The notes under the pieces were generated by a model. That model made no database searches, was not told where the DNA came from, and was given only the letters and a program-made list of their open reading frames with translations. Positions 19,737-29,465 of a DNA stretch of 64,000 bases are shown here, piece by piece. Source of the DNA: Promethearchaeota archaeon (GTDB taxonomy: Archaea > Asgardarchaeota > Lokiarchaeia > Sigyniarchaeales > SOKP01); contig JAEOTP010000016.1 of assembly GCA_016839765.1 (NCBI GenBank), positions 64,001 to 128,000 on the forward strand, written 5' to 3'. Position numbers and translations under genes: made by a program. Numbering within the stretch: the stretch's first letter is position 1; every line of letters starts with the position of its first letter.

Positions 19737-20570
19737 ATGGGTGAATTAACGATAGATAATATCGCTATTAGTACAAAGGGTTTGACTAAACATTTTGGTA
19801 AAATAATCGCGGTAAATAATTTAAATATTGAAATTGATTACGGTAAAACATATGCTCTCTTAGGACCTAATGGAGCTGGAAAAACTACAACTGTCCGCAT
19901 GTTAAATTCGATTATTTCCCCTACTTCTGGCACAGCCTTAGTGGGAGGTTATGATATCATTTCCCAGAGTATAGAAGTAAAAAAAATTTGTGGATTTCTC
20001 CCTGAATCTCCTGGTTTATATCAAAAATTAACTCCTCGAGAGTTTTTAGAGTTTATTGGTGAATTATATTCTTTACCTAAAGAATTGATAATTACTCGTA
20101 TAGATGAATTATTAGAGATTTTTGACTTAGAGGGGAGAGAAAACGATCTATTAGAAGGTTTTTCAAGAGGCATGAAACAAAAAGTTTGTTTATGTGCTGC
20201 CTTGATACAAGATCCGAAAATAATTTTCTTAGATGAACCAACTTCAAATTTAGATCCTGCTGCTACTAGAATGGTAAAAGATCTAATTTCTGAGTTAACA
20301 AGGAAGGCAGATAAGACTATATTTATTTGTACTCATCTCTTAGATACGGCCGAAGAATTATGTGATCGAATTGGTATTATTGATAAAGGAACATTGAAAG
20401 TAGAGGGGACACCACGAAAAATAATTGATTCTGTTAATGCTCAAGATTTAGAGGATGCTTATTTAAAAATAATGGGAGTTACGAAAATTGAGGATTTATT
20501 AGCTTGGAGAGAAGAACTACCCGAAAAAGCTAAAGAGAAAAAAAAAAGGAAAGGAAGAAAAAAGAAGTAA
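19737..20570 (+). CDS. ABC transporter ATP-binding protein (ABC-2 exporter type)
   Basis: GPNGAGKTT, FSRGMKQK, LDEPT, H-loop. Confidence 0.95.
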   Translation: MGELTIDNIAISTKGLTKHFGKIIAVNNLNIEIDYGKTYALLGPNGAGKTTTVRMLNSIISPTSGTALVGGYDIISQSIEVKKICGFLPESPGLYQKLTPREFLEFIGELYSLPKELIITRIDELLEIFDLEGRENDLLEGFSRGMKQKVCLCAALIQDPKIIFLDEPTSNLDPAATRMVKDLISELTRKADKTIFICTHLLDTAEELCDRIGIIDKGTLKVEGTPRKIIDSVNAQDLEDAYLKIMGVTKIEDLLAWREELPEKAKEKKKRKGRKKK

Positions 20571-20571
20571 T

Positions 20572-22185
20572 ATGGCGGCTTGGAAGGCGATTGCCAAAAC
20601 GGAATTAAGAAGAAAAACAAGTAGTTTTCGTAATCATAGATTTTTGTTGTTTCTAGTAATTTATACAATACTCTGTGTATGGGCATTTCTATTTGCACCT
20701 TTAATTTTTGACTTATTCATGCCTAATTTAGTCACATATTTCCCAGGAAATGTTTTTTCAGTTGTTGGATACCTTATAGAATTTATACTGATGATGCTAT
20801 TCCTGATGATTATAATGTATCCAATGCAAAATATTTATCGAAAGACGGAGGTTGGCTATAAAGAAATGGTATTAGCATCACCAGCTAGACCAGGTGATAT
20901 TTTTTTTGGAGAGTTTATAGGAAAGGTACCAATATATCTAATATTTATTTTAGCATTAGCACCAGTTATAACTGGTTTAATAAATCCAATTATAAATTTA
21001 AACATTATTCAATATATCATTATTTATTTATGTGTAACTGGACATGTTATTTTTGCTGCTTTATTAGGGTCCATTTTAGTTTCTTGGCTCGAACATAAAA
21101 TAGCAAGAAGTGAAAAAGCACGTGATTTAGGTAAAGTACTACTATTTCTTTTAGCCATTGCAATGGTTGCAATATTGTATACATTTACCTATTTATTTAA
21201 TTATATAAAATCTAATCCCCATATTAAAAACTATTTAAGTTTTTACCCTTCATTATGGTTTTCAAATATTATTTTATACACGATTCAACCTGTATTAATA
21301 AGCTCGTATATTCTTAATATCTGGGTAAGTATTTTTCTTGCTGTCTTTATTCCATTTACAATTCTATATATAACTTTCAAAAAAGCGTATGCGTTTTTCT
21401 CTTTAGAAACTAGCATTGAAAAAACTAGTACGATTATTGAAAAAGAAAACAAGTTCTATAGATTCATACGAAAAATTACAAGAATAAAATGGGAAGGTTT
21501 AATTATAACTCAATTAAAAGAATTTTTCAGAAAAAGGGAAAATATAATGAAAATTGTATATACCATAGGATTAACTTTATTTGAAGGCGTTATTTTTGCA
21601 TTTTTAGGAGGAGATTATCCGAATTTAGATACACAAGACATAAGTTTGTATATGATGATGAGTGTTATGATTGCTGGTATGTTATTCAGTTTATTTTTAG
21701 GGAATTTTATTTTTGTTGGGTCGAAAGAGCTAATATGGGTATACAAGAAATCCCCCAGAAATATTAAAGTATTAATCTTTTCATATCTGCGAATGATTGT
21801 TATTATTATCTTCTTTATTGGAATTGGTTTGACTATCTTTTTTAGTTTATTTTTTCAATATGATATATTTACTGCGATTTTCTTTTTTCTATTTCTTATT
21901 ATATATAGTTTAATATCTGTTTCTCAAGCTATAGGACTTCAATGTATAAATCCAGCATTTGAAGAAAAAGGAGGTGATATGCAACTTACCATAGGGATTT
22001 TGGTTATTATTAACATGGCAACAATCTTTGGAAGCCTTTTTTTAGGATTTCAATTATTAGGGAATTTTAATCCCCCGCCAGAATTAATAAAAGTGTTTTT
22101 CAGCCTTCCTTTAATAATTTTTGGCACTTTATTTGCTATTCCACTACTATTTTTTGGTCTTAAAAAATTAAATAAAATAGAATAA
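20572..22185 (+). CDS. ABC exporter permease (two-module polytopic membrane protein)
   Basis: About 12 hydrophobic segments; starts 1 bp after the ATPase stop. Confidence 0.8.
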   Translation: MAAWKAIAKTELRRKTSSFRNHRFLLFLVIYTILCVWAFLFAPLIFDLFMPNLVTYFPGNVFSVVGYLIEFILMMLFLMIIMYPMQNIYRKTEVGYKEMVLASPARPGDIFFGEFIGKVPIYLIFILALAPVITGLINPIINLNIIQYIIIYLCVTGHVIFAALLGSILVSWLEHKIARSEKARDLGKVLLFLLAIAMVAILYTFTYLFNYIKSNPHIKNYLSFYPSLWFSNIILYTIQPVLISSYILNIWVSIFLAVFIPFTILYITFKKAYAFFSLETSIEKTSTIIEKENKFYRFIRKITRIKWEGLIITQLKEFFRKRENIMKIVYTIGLTLFEGVIFAFLGGDYPNLDTQDISLYMMMSVMIAGMLFSLFLGNFIFVGSKELIWVYKKSPRNIKVLIFSYLRMIVIIIFFIGIGLTIFFSLFFQYDIFTAIFFFLFLIIYSLISVSQAIGLQCINPAFEEKGGDMQLTIGILVIINMATIFGSLFLGFQLLGNFNPPPELIKVFFSLPLIIFGTLFAIPLLFFGLKKLNKIE

Positions 22186-22276
22186 AAGCACGACCCATCC
22201 AATAAACAATAAGAAAAGAATTTTTTACTATTTAAAATTTTAAAAAATAAGAAATTAAAAATTCTTTTCGGATTAA

Positions 22277-24220
22277 TCACATGGGATTAATTAAATAATC
22301 TATTAAGTTGTCAATATTATCTAGGATTTTCTGTAGTGATGCCAATATAAGGTCTCTATCTTCAATACTTAAACATCCAATATCATAAATACCGTCTATT
22401 AAATCCATGCCAACTAAAATTTTGGATCTTGCCTCTCTTAAATAATCTAGAGATTTAAGTATATTATCAGCCATAAAGTTGTCATAAGCTTCATTTAAGT
22501 CTTCTTGAATAGCGTTAAAGAAACACGCAACAAAACTACAAATACAAGGTTGCACTAAATTGCAAATATAACTCTTGATCTCATCAAACTGTTTATTTAT
22601 ATATTTAAAAGAATCGTCTGGAGTTATGATAATAACTTTTTCAATAGTTGAGGTTTCTTCATCACCTTCCCATTCTCGATCATTATTTGTCGCATTAATG
22701 ATTAATGTATGAGTCCCTATACCTCCTGAATAAAAGATATTTTTGCAAAGTCGAAATTTAATTTTTTCTTCGTCTAATATGCCTGTTGCTATTACTTCTT
22801 CATATTGGTTGATAATTATGTAAGTTCCGGTTGCTTCACTATCAGTAATCCCATCATTATCAATAATTACTAAATCCAAATAATCTTCATTTTCATCAAT
22901 CACTATTTCAGGAGCAGTAATATCATCATCAAAGATCTCAAAAGAGGAAGTTATAGTAGTGTTTAATTGATCTTGGCCATATTCTGAATCATTATCAATG
23001 GCAACGGCATAAAACTCATATATTCCAGGAACTCTCGGATTTGGAATCCGTATTTGAATACTTTCATCGTTATAATAATATCTGGTATCTATAAAATCAA
23101 TAAATAACTCTGCAATACCAGATTCATCCTCAGCCATAATTTCGAAAATTATGTAATCATAACAGTCATATATTGGCGCATTTAGTATACATACTTCTGA
23201 AAAAATGGGACAATTAACATCATCATCAAAAATTTTGAAACTTGAATACAAGTTAGATTTTAATTGATCCCCTTCTCGATCATTATCTGCATCAAAAGCA
23301 ATAACATCTAAACTATACTCTCCGGGAATAGCAGGATTGGGTATAGATATATGATTGTCTTTATCTTCATCAACATACTGATCTCCTAAAAAGTCAATAT
23401 ATAATTCTCCAATACCAGTATCATCCTCAACTACTATTTCAAAATCAATGGTTTCATTATTATCGTAGATTGGTGGATTTTCAATGTCAATACTAATAAA
23501 AGTTGGAGGAGAGGTATCATCATCATAAATATTTAATGTTTTATACTTAAAATTAGATGTCCAATAATTAGAGATGTAGAATGTTCGATAGTAATAATAA
23601 TCATCCCCTTCAAAATCTATTTTGTATAGAACTTTTACGTGAAAAAATAATTCATCGCTAATCAAATCAACATTCTCTTTTTTTGCGGTATAATCTTTTT
23701 CTGAGGTTGTCCATTGTACATGATCTTCTAAAATCTTGCTATATCTAACTCCCATAAAACTCTCATCAGGATTAAGTTCGTTCAACACAGGGGGAGTACC
23801 CGTTTGATACTGCTTAAAATCACTTCCATCTTCAAATTTTTCGCTATCCCCTAAAGAAGTATCCTGAATATTATAATCAAGATAAGCATAAACTCTGATT
23901 ACCCATTCTTCAGGTGTATTATCATCTAATCTAAAATCAATCTCGAATAGTTCGTCGTTATGACTTTTAAGATCTAATCCTTCTATTGGCAGGTTGTCAG
24001 GTCCAATATATCTAATAAGGGGAGTATTTATTTGCTCGTTTAAGGAAGAAATTGATCCCGTATTCCCATTATTTAAATAATATAGTTCATCAAGAACATC
24101 AAAAGCATTAACTCCCTTTGGAGGCGTTTCTTGTATTGTTCCAATAAGAGTAGTATTTATTAAGATTAAGAAAATTACTAATATTAACCTATAAGTTTTT
24201 CTCCCCATAAAGAATTTCAC
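22277..24220 (-). CDS. Secreted acidic protein with ~100-aa beta-rich (Ig-like) repeats and Cys-containing helical C-terminus
   Basis: Signal peptide; repeated I[YF]DDDxxxP...PIYD...D-GI-EL-IDF...IPNP-PG-Y units. Confidence 0.75.
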   Translation of the reverse strand: MKFFMGRKTYRLILVIFLILINTTLIGTIQETPPKGVNAFDVLDELYYLNNGNTGSISSLNEQINTPLIRYIGPDNLPIEGLDLKSHNDELFEIDFRLDDNTPEEWVIRVYAYLDYNIQDTSLGDSEKFEDGSDFKQYQTGTPPVLNELNPDESFMGVRYSKILEDHVQWTTSEKDYTAKKENVDLISDELFFHVKVLYKIDFEGDDYYYYRTFYISNYWTSNFKYKTLNIYDDDTSPPTFISIDIENPPIYDNNETIDFEIVVEDDTGIGELYIDFLGDQYVDEDKDNHISIPNPAIPGEYSLDVIAFDADNDREGDQLKSNLYSSFKIFDDDVNCPIFSEVCILNAPIYDCYDYIIFEIMAEDESGIAELFIDFIDTRYYYNDESIQIRIPNPRVPGIYEFYAVAIDNDSEYGQDQLNTTITSSFEIFDDDITAPEIVIDENEDYLDLVIIDNDGITDSEATGTYIIINQYEEVIATGILDEEKIKFRLCKNIFYSGGIGTHTLIINATNNDREWEGDEETSTIEKVIIITPDDSFKYINKQFDEIKSYICNLVQPCICSFVACFFNAIQEDLNEAYDNFMADNILKSLDYLREARSKILVGMDLIDGIYDIGCLSIEDRDLILASLQKILDNIDNLIDYLINPM

Positions 24221-24378
24221 CTTATACCTATAAATATATTAAATTTCGTTTTATGATCTTTTATATTTGTTTTTTTTCTATAAATGATTTATTATTTTTA
24301 CCTTATTAGCCAAAAATTTTTTTAATAAGTTCGTGATTATTATCAGTTGATTAAAAAAATTTTGTTGAATTCCAAAAA

Positions 24379-25422
24379 ATGAAGAAGATAAGAGCAATAA
24401 AATATTTATGGATTTTGATATTATTTTTAGTCTTTGTAAATTCGATTTTTTATATAAAATACACCAGTTTTACTAAGGTAAATCTAATAGAAAACGAAAA
24501 AGGTAAAATTAAACCAAATGTAGATCATAGTCCTATCATTATAAACGGAAATGGTAATTTTAATCTTACTAATGGAGTTAGTCCTGGGGGAAATGGTACT
24601 TATGGGAACCCTTATGTAATAGAAGATTATACTATAGATATAGATGGACCTATTGATTGTATCTTTATAAATAATACTAACGCTTACTTTAAGATTCAAA
24701 ATTGTACTTTAAAAAATCCAAACACAGGTGGTTCAACTATTAGATTAAATAATGTTACCAATGGATGGGTATTCGACAATGATATTAGCTTAAGGAGAAT
24801 TTTTTTGATTAATTCACATAACATTACTATTTCAAACAATTATATTCATGAAAGATCAAGCATTTCTGTAGAATTTTCGAATAATAATACTATTTTCAAT
24901 AATGATTTAATAAATTGTAGATTAGAAGCAATACATCTGCTACATTCTGATAATAATGAGATTTTAAATAATTATATTAAAAATAGCACTATTGGAATAA
25001 AATTTGAATACTCATCTAATAACACGATCAAAGCAAATGAGATATATGACTGTGAAAGTTATGCCATAGGAATAGGGCACGCAAGTAATAATAATCGAAT
25101 ATTAGACAATTATATCTACAATAACGGGGGGTTTATTGATGAGGCGCAAATTTATATTGATACTGATTGTTATGGTACAATTATTAAAGGTAATATTTTC
25201 AATTATCGCGAAATAATTCCACCAGAAATCCCATGGCTTTATATTATCTTAGCTGTAGTATTGGTAAGTGGTGTTATCATTGGAGTAGTTTTATATCGTA
25301 GATATCGAAGAACAAAAGAATATAAACATCCTGAACCTCCTAAATTTCCTGAATCTGATGAGCCTCCAGCAACTACGGAACAAGTTGATCTCCCTGAACC
25401 TCCTGAACTTGACGAGGATTGA
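24379..25422 (+). CDS. Right-handed beta-helix (NosD/CASH-like) surface protein with C-terminal TM
   Basis: GNGTYGNPYVIE, repeated SxNNxIxxNxI; TM followed by RRYRR and Pro/acidic tail. Confidence 0.85.
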   Translation: MKKIRAIKYLWILILFLVFVNSIFYIKYTSFTKVNLIENEKGKIKPNVDHSPIIINGNGNFNLTNGVSPGGNGTYGNPYVIEDYTIDIDGPIDCIFINNTNAYFKIQNCTLKNPNTGGSTIRLNNVTNGWVFDNDISLRRIFLINSHNITISNNYIHERSSISVEFSNNNTIFNNDLINCRLEAIHLLHSDNNEILNNYIKNSTIGIKFEYSSNNTIKANEIYDCESYAIGIGHASNNNRILDNYIYNNGGFIDEAQIYIDTDCYGTIIKGNIFNYREIIPPEIPWLYIILAVVLVSGVIIGVVLYRRYRRTKEYKHPEPPKFPESDEPPATTEQVDLPEPPELDED

Positions 25423-25440
25423 AGTAATATCTTTTTAATA

Positions 25441-26178
25441 TTAAATTTTATTAAGCCAGCTTGAATCGGATTTTAGCTGCTTATAAATATTTTTATCACC
25501 AAAATCCCCTCTAAATTGCTTTTTTTCCATTTTGACTACTCGGACTTTCCAATTTCTTTCATTTATTCCAATCTTTATTGCTTGAGGTAGCTCTATTTCA
25601 CCTCTTTTAGAGGGAATTAGAGATTTAAGTACTTCGAATATATCTATTGATAAAACAAAAATACCACAATTATTATAATTTGATTTTGATTTACCCTTTT
25701 TTGGTTTTTCAATTATATTTACACAATAGAGGCCATCATAATAAACAGCAGCTCCTTTATGGGCATCTTTCGTGTAATTCGCAACTAATATGAAATCAAG
25801 ATTCTCTTTTTTATATAATTCGTAAGTTTCTCTATAAATTTGATAAGGAACTAAAATATCTCCCCAAATTAGAAAAAAATGTTGGTTTTGGATTAAATTC
25901 TCGCACAATAATATAGCTCCACCTGTCCCATTTAAATCTTTTTGAATAACATATTCAATATTTAATCCCCACTTTTTTCCATCTTGAAAATGATGAATAA
26001 TTTGTTCTTTTCTAAATCCTACTACAATTATTAGATCTCTGAAACCAGCATGGATTAAACCTTCTACTACATATTCTAATAGTGGTCTACCATGAACTGG
26101 TAACATCGTTTTTTGATAGATATTAGTATATGGTCGCAATCGCTTTCCATAACCTGCACATAAGATCACTGCTTTCAG
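25441..26178 (-). CDS. Sugar-phosphate nucleotidyltransferase (GlmU/RmlA N-domain-like); start probably CTG 26178
   Basis: (M)KAVILCAGYGKRLRP, GTGGA, EKP, SKRGEIEL. Confidence 0.85.
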   Translation of the reverse strand: MKAVILCAGYGKRLRPYTNIYQKTMLPVHGRPLLEYVVEGLIHAGFRDLIIVVGFRKEQIIHHFQDGKKWGLNIEYVIQKDLNGTGGAILLCENLIQNQHFFLIWGDILVPYQIYRETYELYKKENLDFILVANYTKDAHKGAAVYYDGLYCVNIIEKPKKGKSKSNYNNCGIFVLSIDIFEVLKSLIPSKRGEIELPQAIKIGINERNWKVRVVKMEKKQFRGDFGDKNIYKQLKSDSSWLNKI

Positions 26179-26241
26179 TAGGTTTCAACTCTATTACTAA
26201 ATTTTATTATATTTATGTAAGTGATGAATTTTCTAATCATT

Positions 26242-26274
26242 TTTTGATATTATTTTGATATCATTTAGATATTA
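26242..26274. repeat. Three tandem 11-bp direct repeats (TTTTGATATTA/TTTTGATATCA/TTTAGATATTA)
   Basis: Read directly; lies in the divergent intergenic region. Confidence 0.7.
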
Positions 26275-26375
26275 CATTTTTTTTTCTTTTTAGGCACTTA
26301 GATTTTATTGATATATTCGTTGAATATAAAAGTTTAGTTTTTATAATTTTCTATATATTAATTATTGAGATTCAA

Positions 26376-27143
26376 ATGATCAGAGATATTATCATCATTA
26401 AAGATGGTTTACCACTATTAAATAGAAGTTTTTTTAATTCAGCTGAATTTTCTAAATCAGGAAAGCTTTTTGCACACGAAGATAACTTAATTATGGTTTC
26501 TGGTTTTTTTACTGCATTAAATTCATTTTCTGATTCATTTGAGGATCTTGGAACTATTAGTGAATTAAAACTTTCTAATAATGAACTCAAATTATCATTT
26601 CTTAAAGAATCTAGCATTCCTAACTTAATATATCTAGCTACATATGACGATGATTCTAAAGCTGTAGATGTTCAAAGAGTTTTAAGAAAGATTTCTTTTG
26701 CTTTTTTAAATAAATATAATATTAATCAAATTTTAAATTGGAATGGAAAAATTGATGCATTTAAATCATTTGAACACATCTTAAATATCTATGTCACTGA
26801 AGAGCATGAAGAAAAAGAAGAACAATTCAAAGAAAAGGTTACTGAACTTTTTAAAAGTGTTGAGGAAAAAATCAATGAGGAGTCTTGTTTATTAGCATTA
26901 AAAACAGAAAATGAAACCATAGAAGACTTACCAGAATACTGCAGACAAATTCCAAAGTTTATAAGTTCTAAAAAAATAAATCCTAAATATTATCTAACAG
27001 GTAATACAGCTTGTAACGTTTATTATGAAATAGATGGGAAAAAATCAATTAAACTGATTACAAACAAATTAAATTTGGGGCATGAACAAGTTTATAATAT
27101 ATGTAAGAACTTAATTAAATTGGGTTTTATTAGTTTATCTTAA
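26376..27143 (+). CDS. Longin-like domain protein with C-terminal winged helix
   Basis: IIIIKDGLPL...MVSGFFTALNSF...ISELKL longin pattern; IDGKKSIKLI...ICKNLIKLGFI wH. Confidence 0.7.
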   Translation: MIRDIIIIKDGLPLLNRSFFNSAEFSKSGKLFAHEDNLIMVSGFFTALNSFSDSFEDLGTISELKLSNNELKLSFLKESSIPNLIYLATYDDDSKAVDVQRVLRKISFAFLNKYNINQILNWNGKIDAFKSFEHILNIYVTEEHEEKEEQFKEKVTELFKSVEEKINEESCLLALKTENETIEDLPEYCRQIPKFISSKKINPKYYLTGNTACNVYYEIDGKKSIKLITNKLNLGHEQVYNICKNLIKLGFISLS

Positions 27144-27155
27144 AGAGTAAGATAT

Positions 27156-27461
27156 TTATTTTTGTGAACGTTTTTGATGTTGTTTTTTACGTTTACGTTG
27201 TTCTTCTTGGATTTCCTCATTCATTTGGTTTAAAGCTAATATATCTTTCCCTTGGAATTTAAAAACTCCAGCAATCTTACTTTCTTCTCTATCTCCTGAT
27301 TTACTTACTTTTTCAAAAGATAAGGTGATTGGTAAATCTTGATTTAAAGCCAAATTAATAAAATTAATAAAACCAATATGCTTTGTTGGAGCAACATTAA
27401 ATTTTATAGATACATCTTTGTTTTTTTTCGTTTTTACTTTTAGTATCAATCGCAATTTCAA
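27156..27461 (-). CDS. Hypothetical basic protein
   Basis: 101-aa ORF, convergent with the neighbour; no motif. Confidence 0.65.
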   Translation of the reverse strand: MKLRLILKVKTKKNKDVSIKFNVAPTKHIGFINFINLALNQDLPITLSFEKVSKSGDREESKIAGVFKFQGKDILALNQMNEEIQEEQRKRKKQHQKRSQK

Positions 27462-27630
27462 TAGTATTCACATTCTCTTGTGTTTTATTCGAATTTAATA
27501 TTTAATTTAAACTATGAAATTAAAAAAATTATATTATTGTGATAATTAAATATTATATAAAAATGAACTTACCGTAGAATTGGTTAATTTCAAAAGGATA
27601 AGCTCATAATCATTCATAAAATTCTTTAAC

Positions 27631-28260
27631 TTGATAATTATGCCCTCCAAATTTCGATTACGCAGAATTTTCCGTCCTTTGATAAAAATTCTAGCCAAGG
27701 CTTTAATTAAGATTGGGGTTACTCCAAATATTGCTACTTGTTTTATGTTGGCGTTCTCCTTTCTAAGTTTTTTTTTCTTGGTGTTTTTATCTAATCTCTT
27801 ACTTTCTTCAATCTTTGTTTTTATTACTGGGATTTTTGATGGAGTAGATGGAGCAATTGCAAGATTAAAAAATAAGGCTTCTTCTTTTGGTCGTTTTTTT
27901 GATTCATTAATGGATAGGATTAGTGAATTTATAATTTTTTTAGCCCTCTTAATTTATTGTTGGGACAATATTCTCTGGAATTTTGTGGATATAAAAATAG
28001 TTATACTAATCTCTTTTATAGCCTCTCTTATGATTAGTTATTTACGAGCTAAAGCAGAGGTAATATATAAGGGAGATTTTGATATTGGATTAATGGCAAG
28101 ATCGGAGAGATTATTTTATATATTCATATCTATGTTATTATCGTCTTTTTTAGGATATATCAATGAATTTCTTTTTATTTTTATGATTTTGGTCTTAGCT
28201 ACGGGTTTTTACAGGTTTTTCAAAATTAATAAATTAATAATCAAATATCTAAATGAATAA
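27631..28260 (+). CDS. CDP-alcohol phosphatidyltransferase (archaetidylinositol-phosphate synthase-like)
   Basis: TPN, DGVDGAIAR...GRFFDSLMDR signature. Confidence 0.92.
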   Translation: MIIMPSKFRLRRIFRPLIKILAKALIKIGVTPNIATCFMLAFSFLSFFFLVFLSNLLLSSIFVFITGIFDGVDGAIARLKNKASSFGRFFDSLMDRISEFIIFLALLIYCWDNILWNFVDIKIVILISFIASLMISYLRAKAEVIYKGDFDIGLMARSERLFYIFISMLLSSFLGYINEFLFIFMILVLATGFYRFFKINKLIIKYLNE

Positions 28261-28277
28261 AATTGATGAGTGAGCTT

Positions 28278-28988
28278 TTATTCTTTTGTTTTATTTACTT
28301 CAATAATAAGCTTGTCTCCATCTTTCAAGTTGAAGTAATCTCTCAAATAAGGTTTAGCTAAAATTTCTACCACATTTTTTTTATGATGGGTTCGTTTTAT
28401 ATCGAGTATTGCTGCTTTACGACGATTATTCTTGTTATCAAATCTGTAAATGTACACATCATAACATTTTACAGGGCCATATTCTCTTTCTTGATTTTTA
28501 AATCCATTAATAATTACAGGTCTAATATGATGCAGTTTTTCTCTTAAAATTGAATTATCTGTATCACTCAACTTCAAATTGAGTGTCCCCTTATAAGGTT
28601 CAAATCCCAATCTTTTTTTAAATTGATCAAAATAACCTTTAATAGCCACATAATAACCTCCCTCATGTATTCCTTCAATTACTTCCCCTACAATCAATAT
28701 AGATTCGAGAAGTTCCTTCAGATTTTTATATATATTAAGCATTACGCTTGCTCCCACTTTTGTAATCGAGATTTTCTGTGTTTTACCTTCACTTCTTCTT
28801 TTAATCCAGCCTAAATCTTCTAAATCTTTAATTCTTCGACTTCCAGTTTGTTGGCTTAAGCCTAATAATTCTCCAAATTCTACGCTACTGATATTAATAG
28901 ACCTTCTATCTTTTGTTAGTCGACAAAGTTCAAAAAGAGCAAACCAATTTGCATAATTTTCAGGGGTGATCTCTTCATTTTTTTTCAT
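28278..28988 (-). CDS. ribK: CTP-dependent riboflavin kinase with N-terminal HTH (RbkR-type)
   Basis: SQQTGSRR HTH, GxxEGxYY, PYKGTLN, RTHH, LRDYFNLKDGD; adjacent to FAD synthase. Confidence 0.92.
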   Translation of the reverse strand: MKKNEEITPENYANWFALFELCRLTKDRRSINISSVEFGELLGLSQQTGSRRIKDLEDLGWIKRRSEGKTQKISITKVGASVMLNIYKNLKELLESILIVGEVIEGIHEGGYYVAIKGYFDQFKKRLGFEPYKGTLNLKLSDTDNSILREKLHHIRPVIINGFKNQEREYGPVKCYDVYIYRFDNKNNRRKAAILDIKRTHHKKNVVEILAKPYLRDYFNLKDGDKLIIEVNKTKE

Positions 28989-28999
28989 TAAATATGCAA

Positions 29000-29443
29000 C
29001 TATTTATTTTCTTTGTAAGTTTTAATAATTTTTCTTTTTATTAAACTAGAAGAATGCAACGCATATTTATCATAATATGATTTCATTCTTTTTACTTCTA
29101 TATGGTTTAATCCTTTTTTTTTCAATCCCTCTTTTAAAGTATTAAGATCATACTTTTGATCTGGACCCAATAAAATAATGTCAGGATTAATCTCTTCAAC
29201 TGTTTTAAGAGTATCATTATCACTTCTTCCTAATCTAGCTTCTTTTACATTTTTAATATTTTTTACAACTTCTAATCTCTGTTGTTCTGGAATTACAGGA
29301 CGTTCACCTGAATATAATTCCCGATTATTATCTGTAGCAACAATTACATATACATCTCCGATTTTTGCTGCCTCATTAAATAAGAATATATGACCTGGAT
29401 GGATTATATCAAAAGTTCCAGCAACTAATACTTTCTTTTTCAT
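29000..29443 (-). CDS. ribL: Archaeal FAD synthase
   Basis: GTFDIIHPGH, LGPDQ, SSSLIK. Confidence 0.9.
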   Translation of the reverse strand: MKKKVLVAGTFDIIHPGHIFLFNEAAKIGDVYVIVATDNNRELYSGERPVIPEQQRLEVVKNIKNVKEARLGRSDNDTLKTVEEINPDIILLGPDQKYDLNTLKEGLKKKGLNHIEVKRMKSYYDKYALHSSSLIKRKIIKTYKENK

Positions 29444-29465
29444 TTTAAAACCTATTTTCTAATAT

